Of a DNA stretch of 64,000 nucleotides, positions 12,754 through 25,614 are shown one piece after another. The translations under genes were made by a program, and so were the position numbers. How positions within the stretch are numbered: position 1 is the stretch's first letter; each line of letters opens with the position of its first letter. The notes under the pieces are model-generated. The model made no database searches. It worked only from the letters and a program-made list of their open reading frames with translations, and was not told where the DNA came from. The DNA is taken from NCBI RefSeq assembly GCF_018350175.1, contig NC_058380.1:9300001-9364000 (forward strand), written 5' to 3'. The stretch is from Felis catus (lineage: Eukaryota).

Positions 12754-14639
12754 CTGAAACATGTCAAGGACGTCAGTTAGATGTCACTTCAGCTACAAAA
12801 CATGTAGTCGGACCTTGAAGATCCCTCATGTTTAAAGTCTTCAAAATTGTGGCACAATTTTCTCTGGCTCACATGACAATCATCTATTTTTATACCTAGA
12901 CTACCTGTATTATTATAGGTCTTACATATATTTTATAGATGGGGACAAAAAAATAAGACTATATCAACAGGGCTAGCAAAACTATCTGTAAGTCAAAGTT
13001 AAGGCTGTAAACAGCTGGATTTTTTTTTTTTTTTTTGGTAATGTCAAAAGCCTATAGATAAAAAGAAAGTCCTGCTCACAAGGGAAACAAATAGAAGTTA
13101 TTCTTCTAAACCATTTTAAGTAAGTTTTGAAACCTGTTGTACATTGAAGTTATAGTGCAAAGTCAGAAGGGAGACTATTTGAAACATCTGTGATGGTCTA
13201 TTTTTTGGTAAGTTTTTTTTTTCCCCCATCAGAGAGGAAAGAAGACTATGGAAAGTTTAAAAGTCGAAATCGGAAAGTTCCATGCAGTTGGGAAAAGAGG
13301 AACAGCCTCAGTGGAGCAGACTACTTCAAGGGAAGGAAGGTCCAACGGACGAAGCTATACCCTGGAGAGAAGAGGTCCTGAAAACGTTTCAAGGCAGAGT
13401 TTGGAAAAAAGTTAAGAACGCAGGGACTGTTCACAGGACGTGAGGCCTCGTATGTAACAGGCACATGATAAAGAGCCATTGAGCTGACATTAATCCAATC
13501 CAGAATTGGGCAACGGAGCATGTGTTTGAAAAAAAGGAAAAGTCTATTCCTCCCCACACTGGAAGAGCAATTTTCAGAACAGCCTGAAAGAAAGATTTCC
13601 AGGAGTTTATAGAAACCAAATGACTTCAAGTAAGAAAGTATGAGTGTTTGCAGTTTTACAGAAAGGAAAGTTAATTTCTGCAGAGTCAAAAGCGCGCACT
13701 TGAAAAGAGGAAAAATTTACCATAAAGAGGATGTTCAGAAGAAAAATGGGAAGAATTTGGGATAAAGAGTGTCTCTGAGTCTGTTAAATAGTAATAATAG
13801 GGAAGAAATCAAGGCAACACAAGCAGATGTATTTAGGCCACTTGTTTATTTATTTCCAGCGATGTTGAAAAGCGAAAAGCTGAATCTCAGAAGGAGAAGG
13901 AGGAGAAAGACAAGGAACAAAGCTGCCTGTAAAAGGGCTCTAAAAAAGGGAAGGCATCTGGTCAGCAGGTGTGAACTCTAGGCGCTTAAACAGGTCCCCA
14001 CGCAGGGCATCATCAGAGGGGCTGGGATTATGGAAAAGCAGGATGGCAAAAAAAAAAAAAAAAAAAAAATTCTCAGCAAAGCAAAAGAAAATGAAACAAA
14101 AAGGAGTATCAACGGGGCGGGGGGGGGGGGTGGTGTGGAAGGGAAGACAGTATGGGAAAACGTGACAAAAACACTAGGTCACAAAACAGAAGGGACCAGA
14201 AGAGATAATCACCAATAAAAATCAATCCAGTGCAAAAACCTACCACGGACCCAACACTCAGTCAATACATTCAAATGCTTAAATGCTTAAATAATACTAA
14301 AGCTTAGATAAAGCTTTCCTTCACATTTTATCTTTCCTTTGGGAGGCAAGACAGCCTCAAACCGTCCTGAAATTCTTTCACCCAGTTGGACTAAGGCCTA
14401 TTAGTGACAGATCAGACCTGTAATAGCTCCCAAATTAATTTAATAGGGACACAAGACAATGTAATGACTTCAGTATGTCTGTATGTTCAATATGTCTCCT
14501 AAAGATGACGATATGAAAAACAAGCAGCTTTATTTCTTTAGATACCTGAAACGCTAAAAACATGTTTAAAAAAAAAAAAAACCCAAAAAACGAAAAAGCA
14601 GAGAGAGAACCTGGGGATATTATAGGGATAGGCATGGTA

Positions 14640-15170
14640 TGTCAGTAAATGAAAAGAGGAAGTTTCAGAGTAATTAATAGTGATGCTATGATTATTCGAT
14701 TATGGTAAAAGGAAAAACAAACAGAGAAAGTCAGACCTACATATGCAGATGTGTGCTTACAGAGTACTTTTACTGAACAAGGAGAAAAGTAAGGCTGGGA
14801 AGGTAAGCACAAAGCTGTTACCTGGGGTGAAGCCAGGATTAACCATTTCTTTCTTTTTTTTTTTTAACTGTTGTTTAATGTTTATTCATTTTTGAGAGAG
14901 ACAGAGTGTGAGCAGGGGAGGGGCAGAGAGAGAGGGAGACACAGAATACAAAGCAGGCTCCAGGCTCTGAACTGTCAGCACAGAGCCTGATGCGGGGCTC
15001 GAACTCGTCGGCTGTGAGATCCTGACCTGAGCCGAAGTTGGACGCTTAACTGACTGAGCCACCCACACGCCCCTAACCATTTCTTTCTTTAGCTCAGTAT
15101 GGTTTTACTTTTCAAAAGAAGTATATATTACTTTCCTGATTTGAAAATCATCACATAACAAAATTTGTAA
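14640..15170 (+). mobile_element. Ancient L1 (L1ME-like) 3' relic split by a CanSINE
   Basis: ctgggaagg...ctgttacctgggg...tatatattacttt pattern typical of old L1 3' ends; weak. Confidence 0.4.
14856..15073 (-). mobile_element. CanSINE
   Basis: TSD taaccatttctttctt. Confidence 0.94.
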
Positions 15171-15253
15171 AATAAAATAAAATGAAATGAAATAAAACAA
15201 TAAATAAATAAATAAATAAACAAACAAACAAACAAACAAATAAATAAATAAAA
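15168..15253. repeat. Compound (TAAAA)/(TAAA)/(CAAA)n repeat
   Basis: Direct reading. Confidence 0.88.
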
Positions 15254-16155
15254 TTTGGGCTCTGATGTTTTACCTTAAAATGGGCCTGTATAGTCCTACA
15301 CAGTTAGAGGAAAGACTTGCTTTATTTTGCTGGAATCTTTCTGTTTTAAACCAGCATCTTCCACGGCCTGCCTACTTTATACCAAGGGGCAGCCCCACCA
15401 TGCCTGTTGTCTACCTGCGACGACATCCAAAAAGGGGATGGAAAACCTCTATGTGTCTCATCGGGTACGGCCCTGAGGTCACGTGCTGTGGCCTCACTGA
15501 TTTCCACTGGCTAGGAGAACAAACTCCCACAGGCCCTTGCTGGCTTTCTCCAAAGGCTGCTCTCCCTTCTCTGCATCTCCCTCAAAGGCGTGATGCCAAG
15601 TTGTACTGATATGATCATCCTGCAGCAACAATCCAAGCCTCATAAACAGAAGATTATTATAACCCTAGTCCAGAAACGAACAGATAGGGACCTGCACTCT
15701 GCAAACTCCCAGCCCTCTTCCAAAATCAGAATAAAGCCACTTGACGTGGGGATAGCATAGTGCATTTTAGGGATTCCCGAGAAACTATTTTATTTCGATA
15801 CAGTCTTTTAAAAACATCCCTTAGGAAATGACTTGTTTTCTTTTCACTCTGTGGGATCTTTTTTTTTTTAAATAAATGTCAACATTTTTAGGGAAGGATC
15901 AATTTCAATACATCCATTCGCGGATGATATGTTATTTAACATCTACGGTTGGAAAAGAACCAAGACTCGCTCACTAATACACTTACTCACCAGGCCAAGG
16001 TACCTGCAACCTACGAATCAGACTGTCAGAACTGCATATTCTATCTAGTCTTTTGCGAAAACCCAAGATCTGATCTTCCTGTACAACAGCTGTAACAATA
16101 AAAAGAGCCTCAGAACGTATGTTTTTAATAACATACAAGATAAAACAGAGTCCTA

Positions 16156-16506
<351 letters not shown>

Positions 16507-17993
16507 CTACTTCTCCTGTCTCTGCCAGTCAGTAGAGTGATACTGTGTTGGAAAGAAGAAAAGAGAAAGGAATGTCTTAAGCATGATGTTGAGATCAGAA
16601 TGAAANNNNNNNNNNNNNNNNNNNNNNNNNNNNNNNNNNNNNNNNNNNNNNNNNNNNNNNNNNNNNNNNNNNNNNNNNNNNNNNNNNNNNNNNNNNNNNN
16701 NNNNNNNNNNNNNNNNNNNNNNNNNNNNNNNNNNNNNNNNNNNNNAAGAACACTCTAAATGATTCCCCAGAAAGATATAAATCATCTAAGATACAAAAAA
16801 GACTCACTGGAGAAACTCAAATTTAACACATAAGCAGAATTCTAAACAAGTTTGAAATTTATTACCGAAGTCAACAGATGCTGTTCATTACTTACTGGCT
16901 TGGGCACCTGACGAGGCATTAACCCCCCAAAGCCAGTAAAATATAAAACCCCTAAGAAAGTTTTCATAACCAAGACACGTTTTCATAAGTAAATGAGCAT
17001 TCGAAACTGCACAGAGAACTCCAGATAGTTAAAAGGAGAAAGGAGTACAATTTCAGAAACTGACAGCGAAAGGGAAGGCCCGTTGAGGGGCGAGGGAGAA
17101 GCGGGGGTTGCCCGGGTCAAATAGATAGATGGGTCCAAACACCCAACATGTAACAACCACCGGCTGAGACCGAAATGCAGTGTCGGCACATGTACCAAAA
17201 CAGCTCCGTGCCCGGCACCAAGCAAGCCGCCAGTCCTCATGCAGCCTTATCTTCCCCACCACCTCCGCCGTACCAGAAGCGATCAGAAGAAACAGTTTAA
17301 GCTGCGGTTCCTCCTGCCAGCTAAGTAACTGCCGACCACTTGGAGAGTTGAGGCCACGCATTCATCCTCAGCTTCTCTGTGGTCCCAGATTCCCGTGAAG
17401 AGTCATCCATGACTACTGGATCGGGCCCAGCACAGACTAGGTGTGGAAATTCCGGTGCTCTGATTTCGGCAAACAGTCCATCACCCACACTCCAAGATTT
17501 CCTGGCATCCTCCCCCCTCCCTGGGGGAAATGCCTCACGGTGTGGGTACATCTCACATCTTGGAAAGGAGCCAAAACGAGCAAATAAGCGGTTTCCCAGA
17601 TTCCGACGGACATCAATGAAGACCACTGGTGAGAGGAAATGTGACACTGGACCTTTCGTTATCGGGGGCCCGTGCACCTGTACATGCAAACACTTTTCTG
17701 CTCTCAGACAACCTCCCAGAACACAGAATGAGACACCCTAAGTGAATTTGCTTACCCACTGCTTAGCGGCAGGGGTGGAATTAACCATAGGGGCCAAGGC
17801 ACTCACAGCCAGGGTATTTCCACGCGGTGAAATGAGGTTAAAGGGGAAACACATCGAAAAGCCACATTAGTTCCATTCTTAGCTCCCTGCTTGCTTTCAC
17901 CTCCTGCTAAATCACTGGAATGCAAGGGTCTTGCTCTTCTGCACTCCTCTGTGTCCCCGCATGTAGGAAGTGCTCAATAAAAAAGAGACGTAG

Positions 17994-18215
17994 TAGTGCC
18001 TGGGTGGTTTGGTCAGTTGAGCATCTGACACTTGGTTTCAGCTCAGGTCATGATCTCACAGTTCGTGGGTTCGAGCCCCGCCTCGGGCTCTGTGCTGAAA
18101 AGCTCAGAGTTTATTTGAGATTCTGTCTCTCCCTCTCTCTTCCCCTCCCCTGCTCGTGCCCCCTCTCTCTCTCTATCTCAAAATAAATAAATAAACTTTA
18201 TAATATTAATAATTA
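17994..18215 (+). mobile_element. CanSINE
   Basis: Diverged head, (CT)n, AATAAA tail. Confidence 0.9.
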
Positions 18216-21200
18216 AAAAAAAAGATGTGAATAAACAGCCCAGGAATGCCAGGAGCAAACTATTAACAGAGTCAGTTATTTTATAAATAAAAATTAGAGA
18301 GTAATCTGTGCCTGAGCTATGTTCACACAAAGAGATCCAAGGAGTGTAGGCAAGAATTTAAGCCATTCTGATAAATGAATTAGGGCCAAAACAGGGAGCA
18401 GTGGGAGGCTACCTGGGAGTGATTGTAACAGTGTTTTGCTGATCCAAGACGGGACTCAGAACCCAGTTGAAGTGGTTTCTAAAACAACAGGGAAGCTTCA
18501 AGGGTGAATTATAGCCTTGGATCCACGAGAGAGCCAAATGTTATTATTTATTCTTTGTGATTAACAAAGCAGGCGGAAGTAACTGTTTTTTGGTGGGTTT
18601 TGTTTTTTTTTTTTTTTTTTTTTGCATGCCACTCCCTCACATATACACTGGTCCAGTCAGCATTTTAAATTTAGGAAGCTGACGTCAATTCAGAGGTACT
18701 ACAAGTTATAATGTTCTTTCATGTATATCAGCAAACTAATACACCCCTTTATTTTTTAGTGAATAAAAGGAAATTGCTTACTTCCTGTTATGGTTTACCT
18801 TGAAATGGGCTTCAATAGCTGTTACCGTAACCTACCCCAAGTCTGAACAATGAAGATACAAATGCTCAGCCAGGAGTCCCACTTTCCATGTTTCATGTTT
18901 TATCTACGTTCTCCCGAAATACTGCTCTGTGCATATGTGGTGGCTTTCATCTGGGAATGTGGCGGAATGCTGGGATTATACTTGTATACTGCCCCATAAG
19001 AATGCTCCTCAGTTTTTGTTAAAGGAAACTACTAAGAGCTTCTTAAAGGGGAAAAGAGATAAGAAAAGGGGACGGAAAAGTACTGGGTGTTTAAGTAGAA
19101 TGTTAACAGGGGAACGTATCGTGGGGGAAACTTTTCTAATCAGAAGAGAACCTTCCGAGGCAGGGGCCTGATGCATGTTGTCCGTGAGACAGCACAGGTC
19201 AGCGAAAGAAAATAGCTGTGAGCCACTGCGGAGTTTAAGAGATGAGGGCCCTTGTCCCCTGCTAAGGGAGGGCAGGAATCTGTACAATCACACAACCTGG
19301 ATGGGATACTCTGGCTGTTCCGAAGGCACCGGGTGTCCAAAGATCCAGAGAGGCAGATGCTCGTCTTCCCGTTCCAGGACCGTCACCAACTGCGGGGCCC
19401 TGGGCAGAGTGCTTTTCTTCTGCAGTCTTTCTGGTTCCTCTGAGCTTGAGAAAGGAGGATCTCCAGGCTCCCCCCAACCTGCCCGTGCAGGACTCGAAGC
19501 ACCTCAAAGATTTCTGCACTCCTGTGTGCAGTGGCCTTCATGAGGGTCCCTCCAAGGGCCGAACCTGGGCTGTCCCAGGACTCCTGCCTGGCCACCAGCA
19601 CGCAGGTATAATACTGCAGAGGAGTGACTCTCCAAGAGGAGGCCGTAGCCCTGGCCCCTTCTCCCTCCCTCCTCGTTTCTGCTGGCACCTTTATGGCACA
19701 CCTCGAGAGGACCTAACTAGACTTTCCCACAGCACAAAGCAACTCGCGGGGTGTAAACTACAAAGCCATTCAGCTCTCAGGAAGAGGCGCGGGTTATTAC
19801 CAAAGTCACTGTGGTTAAGGTTTGAAGTCCAGTGTCGGCCAGCTCAGCGTCTCCTTCACCAACGCTGCCACGGGTATCCCTCGGAATGGACCCCCTTTCT
19901 TCCCGCTTCAAAGCACTGATGACAGGATGCCCACAGGCAGGGATGGGGGTGGGCCCAGCCGGGTTTGGGGGGGGGAGGGGAGAAGGGACGGCTCAGCTCA
20001 CCTTGATAGGTTGGAGTGACAGGTCTCTGCTCAGACTCTGCTGTTATTTTGTGTTGGGGGGGGGTAGAGAGGGGAGAGGTGGACACTATCACGGAAAAGC
20101 ACAGCCTGTTCCACAATTATGTGGCTGATACAATGAAGGAAACGTGTCTGGGGTGCGGGGACAGGGTAAGGCACAGGGGCAGCCCCCATGCACATGTGCA
20201 CGCACTGCGGAGGAGAGAGGAGTCCCCTGTCCTCCATATAATGCACTCCCCAGAGGGCCGGCCTCTGTGTTCTTGGCCAAGACATCACACCCCGTCTTTT
20301 CTGTGTCCTGACCCTGCCTTTACAACGGGGGAGTGTGTGTTTTTAAAATAAAAGTCTTCAGAGCTTCGCAAAGCTGCAGTGACCACAGACACCTTCCCTC
20401 AGCCCCAACCTCCTCCCTCTCCCCTGAGCTAAAAGTCCCAGCACAGCCATGAGCAGATTAAATAGGAATTCCACTCCAAGGAACTCTAAGCGCTGCCAGC
20501 CTAACCGTGACAACCACGACAAAATATGTACCTTACCGTTGTACCGCAATCAACCAGGATACCAATGACCGCCCCCCTTGGGGTCATATTTAAAGGCACC
20601 CGCAAGGGCTTTGCAGTAACGTTAGCGACTTCAATTGAGGATACATTTTTGTCACATCCCCATTGAAAAGATGAGGGCGGGAAGTCAGGAAGGGACCACG
20701 TGGCTTGCCCAAAGAAGCCAAGTCTGTAAGGAGAGCTTTCTATCTCTAGCCCCAACCCGGGACTGAGCCACAGGACCCATCAGGCAAGGCCATCCAGCAG
20801 GGTGGAGGGCTTCCACTGCCCGACCCCCCCCCCCCCCCAGCGCAATGCAACAATGTGCAGGCAGGCAAAGAGAAGGGCGTGGAAGGGGAGGGATATTTTG
20901 CAGGCAGGGCTCAGGATTTGGCTGTGATGACCCATCAATCTAGGAAGGGAGAGACAGGAGAAGCCGCAGGGATCATAGGAGGTGGAGTCATGAACTAAGG
21001 AGGCTGGTGACGTCCAATCAAACAGCCAGAGGGCCTCCTGTCCTCAATCTCCAAAGGGCATGAGGCAGGTAAGATGTAGGAAAAGGCCCAAGGGCTGACC
21101 CCAAGGCTCTACAAGTCTGATAGGGAAACAAGACTTATCCTTAAAGAGCAGTGAGAGGGTTTTTCCCCTCACAAAAACAAAGGGGAGCGCCTGCAAAATA

Positions 21201-22100
21201 AGAAGGGGTATAGCCAAGGCTGTCCAGAGCAGTCACAGGACAGGAGGGCCGGCCTGCAGGGTGGAGGGAGGAAGGAAGAGGGGATCAGGGGAGGCTTCCC
21301 GGAGAAGGTGACATTTCAGCTAGGCCTTGAAAAAAAAAAAAAAAAGAAGTATGAATGAATGAAATGAATGAATGAATGAATGAGGAACAAACCAATGAAC
21401 GAATGAATGTTTCCTAGATACTTTTGTTTTCTAGTCACGAAAGGGTTTGGGGGCAAAAAAACCACGTCGACTAGACAGCACCCCTTACATAACTCTTTAC
21501 CAAATGCGATAAGGAACCGTTTTCAAATCCAGCAGCACATCTTTCTCACGGCTGGGCTGACAGAAAGGCTGGGGTATGGGTCAAAGGTAGAATATTAGAA
21601 ATAAAACTCGGGCCCAGTTCGCATCCCCGAGAGCAGCTGTGGTCTTTTCAAAGTTTTCTGGCTGTTAACGGGAGAACTACAAGGCTCAGGAGATAGTTAA
21701 GATAAGAGTTCTTTTTATGTCTGTTTGCTGATTCAGAACATCTCCTGACCTGAAGGGCTTCTCGTGTTCTGTGTAGCTTTCTCCACGAAGGGATTGATAA
21801 TTCCCCTACAAGAAGTAACAACATTTCTCCAACTGGAGCACAGAGCGCTGCCATTCTTAACGGGGAGGGGGGGGGGGGGGGGGGGGGGGCGGGGCAGGGG
21901 GAGAACAGCAGGGAAGATAAAGGAAATAAATCTACCAGAAGTTTCTTTTTCAGAGACCAAGGTTGCCTGGATAGACAGTGAAACATTACCAAAGCCCTCC
22001 TGCTTCTGGGTCTGGGACAGGCAACTTTAAACAGTGTGCGGCATGATTTGCACCACAGTGAAAACCGTGCTGGGCTTGAAGTTAAACATGACTCGTACTT

Positions 22101-22322
22101 GGGGCGCCTGGGTGGTGCAGTCGGTTAAGCGTCCGACTTCAGGTGGGTCACGATCTCACGGTCCGGGAGTTCGAGCCCCGCGTCGGGCTCTGGGCTGATG
22201 GCTCAGAGCCTGGAGCCTGCTTCCGAGATTCTGTGTCTCCCTCTCTCTCTGCCCCTCCCCCGTTCATGCTCTGTCTCTCTCTGTCCCAAAAATAAATAAA
22301 CTTTAAAACAACAACAACAACA
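22101..22322 (+). mobile_element. Young CanSINE
   Basis: TSD aaacatgactcgtact; tail with (CAA)n. Confidence 0.95.
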
Positions 22323-22440
22323 AAAACATGACTCGTACTGGACCCAAAACTCTAGAAGAGCGTGGAAAACATTTTTCTCCCAGGGCTTCCTGTCAGTTTC
22401 CCATTCAAAGTTGAATATGTTTGGAAAAGTGGTTGGATTT

Positions 22441-22655
22441 GGGGCGCCTGGGTGGCTCAGTCGGTTAAGCATCCAACTCTTGATTTCCGCTCAGGTCATG
22501 ATCTCACGGTTTGTGAGTTCGAGCCCTGAGTTGGGCTCTGTGCTGACAGTGCGGAGCCTGCTTGAGGCTCTCTCTCTCTTCCTCTCTCTCTCTCTCTCCC
22601 TCTCAAAATAAATAAATGAACTTTTAAAAAGTTAAAAAAACAAAATTAAATACAA
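22441..22655 (+). mobile_element. CanSINE
   Basis: TSD gtggttggatt. Confidence 0.92.
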
Positions 22656-25352
22656 CGTGGTTGGATTAAAAAAAATTGCTCTGTTTGTCAGGCGTCTGTG
22701 AACACTTCCGTCCTTTGGTCAAGGAAACAGGTTAGGATGTTAGCTGCTGCCCTCCCTTCAAATAACCTGCTTTGGGACCATCCTTGCCCAGAGTCAGACC
22801 TGGAAAAGTCTCTATGGCAGCTCTGCGCGAGGGAGGGACAGAAGATCACACAAACACTGTAGCGACTAATTACTGCCCCACCATCCTGGGAGCCACGCTC
22901 AACAGGAACATTATCTTAACATTATCACCTTGCACATCCTGCTGAGTCGCCTTCTTCCGAGAGCCTACCTGGGATACAATCCCAAGACCTCCTCCGTGAG
23001 GACAGCCAACATTTCCACAAAGGACAAAGTCTTTAAAGGAGGGTGCCTGCTTCCGAGAAAACCCAAAGTGCCCAGAAGAAGTCCCTCAACAGCAAAAGCA
23101 CTTCAGCAGAACATCCTTCTAAGCCAGGACCCATGTCCACTGGTAGGCATAAAGGTTATCGTGAATTACTGTCATTTCTAACACTCAGTTGAACCTGAAG
23201 GGCTAGGCAATCAGTCAAAACCAAACCGACAAAAACTAGTTTCACAGCAGGCCACCGTGAAATGTATTAGCTTGTGTATATACCTTACAGGTGCAAACCA
23301 TCCTTCCTAGGTTCTCTTAGGCCCGTTTGCAAGGCAACCTCGATTGGGATGCTGCTAGGAATCAATGATAGCCACTTCCTGCTCTGTCGGCTAAGATAAC
23401 TTTATTAGTACATTAAACACCTAAGAGTCGGAAACAGATATTTTACAAACTCTGCTGAGATGGCACACTTGGAGTTCGCAGTAAAACTCGACTCTTATTC
23501 GCTGAACAGACCCCAGGTATGTGACGGATGGGTTTTAATATGCCCTGACTTTCTCAGTAGCAACAAAAGTTCAAGAAGGAGCCCTTCAAGTTCACTGCAA
23601 TTAAAATGGACAATGGCTGTTTACACGCTAACATGCCATAAAAAAAAAAAAATTGCCACATAGCTCATTTGAGCTGTTCAAGTTTCAGGTTCTTCATCTA
23701 CAAAAAAATAGGCAAAAGAGTCGCCGGCTACAACCACAATTTTGATATAAATCAGGTAAAAGATGTGCTACCTTGTGAGCTGGGGTGTAAAAATGTGCAT
23801 TATCACGAGGATCCTTTTAATGGCTTCAATTCCCACCCTGGACTTGAATCCACATGTGAATCTGCAATATTTTCGATCATGAATTCCCTGCTCAAAGCTT
23901 CTGAGACAAGCCTCCAACGCATACTGGATAATCTTATCCCTATGGATTTATCCCTATGGATAATTCACCATCCCTTCCGCAAATCCTCCTTGGCTGGAAC
24001 CTCTTTCTCTGACAAACGGTCTCTTCTCAGGTCAAATGTCTTCTCATGGAGTCTTCAGACCGGTCCCTGTGAGCTCTGGATTTTCCTCTGATGATCAGCA
24101 GCCCACCTCCTCCACCCCTACCCTCCTCTGGTCATAAGGCTACCCCATCTCAAAGACCTTATCTATCTCCTAGACCCATCACAGCTCACCCTGACCTCTC
24201 CCTGCGTCATGGGGTCTGCAGAGTTGACCTGATGTTATTCAATAGCTTGTCATGTTCAGGTACATTCTTTAAAACACAAATTCTCAACTGTACGTTGTTT
24301 ACTTTTTACGGAATTATGGGCTTTGCTTAATAGCATTTGAGCACATGTATAAATACAGTGTGGCAGCAAAGTACAGAAGAGTTGCAGATACTGCAAAGCT
24401 AAACACGCGCCCACTTCAAAGGCACTGGGGGAAGATGGGGGCGGATGTTGGTCATGTACACTGAATTTCCAAGTTCAATGACTTATGTCCCAGTGGGATG
24501 CTAATAACTGGAATATACAACATGAAGGAGGTGAAGAAATATACAGTCATCCTAAACAAGAAAAACACAATCCAAACACAAAATGATAAGGGAATCTCCT
24601 TGACTGCTGTTACCTACAAAACAATATATCTCGATCTTTTTGCTCAGAGACATTTTGTCTATTTTTAAGTGACTTAAATTTCCCAATTCGGAATTCCGTT
24701 TTTTAAAAAAGGGGAGGAGGGGCGGAGTTATAATTATATTTAATGGTTTTGAAACTTCAAATTTGTTTCTATTCTGTGGACGCCACTCAACACTTCACAA
24801 AAGGGTCAGCCCGAATTGAAATTAGTTCGGTTTCCAAAAAGTTTCTAATGCATCAGTGCTTGCAAAGCGGTGGATGATGTCTTGGTATGAGACCAAAGCT
24901 TAAGTTGATGCTTCCACACCTAAAAATACAACAGAATATTGTGATTTTTAAAGGTTTTACATCATACAGGCATATGGCCTGATTATAACTGTCTGAATGT
25001 TCTGAAAGTCTTGCATACGAAGATATCATCACAATTCATAGTTAGCTTCAATTAAAGAATCACATATTATAAATCCAGAAGTCCAGAAGGGCACCACTTA
25101 CGTCAGTATCTGAGTTAAAAATCCCGTATTCCATATCTACACCATCATTCCAAATGAGAGAATTAATGAGTTATTCGTTCATAATTAAGATTAAATGATG
25201 TTTATATTCAACACCCTAAAGACCCAGCTACATAGCTGCTGAATTTCATCAGCTCTATTATATGTTTTGCTAAGGTATAATTATTCAAGCATCTTTGACT
25301 GTATCTTTAAAACTTGCATCTTTAAAACTTACATTTGACTGTATCTTTTCTT

Positions 25353-25388
25353 GGTTTCATGGTGTAATGGTTAGCACTCTGGACTCTG
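25353..25388 (+). pseudogene. 5'-half tRNA-Gln(CTG) tailless retrocopy
   Basis: GGTTTCATGGTGTAATGGTTAGCACTCTGGACTCTG matches the first 36 nt of mammalian tRNA-Gln-CTG with one mismatch (position 5), ending at the anticodon. Flanked by direct repeat CTGTATCTTTTCTT (25339-25352, 25386-25399). Confidence 0.9.
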
Positions 25389-25399
25389 TATCTTTTCTT

Positions 25400-25614
25400 A
25401 ATTTTTTTAATGTTTATTTTTGAGAGAGAGAGAGAGAGAGAGAGCGCACAAGCAGGGGAGGGCAGAGAGAGAGGGAGAGACACAGAATCTAAAGTAGGCT
25501 CCAGGTTCCAAGCTGTCAGCACAGAGCCCGACGCAGGGCTCGAGCTCACAGACTGTGAGATCATGACCTGAGCCGAAGTTGGATGCTCAACCGACTGAGC
25601 CACCCAGGCGCCCC
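25400..25614 (-). mobile_element. CanSINE whose tail/TSD junction hosts the half-tRNA
   Basis: TSD atttgactgtatcttt at 25333-25348 and 25617-25632. Confidence 0.94.

Noticed and set aside
21862-21901. Poly-G run as a functional G-quadruplex
   Set aside because: Can form G4 in principle, but homopolymer runs are common and error-prone; no functional evidence.
25353-25388. Functional tRNA-Gln gene
   Set aside because: Only the 5' half is present; no T-arm/B-box or acceptor 3' strand.
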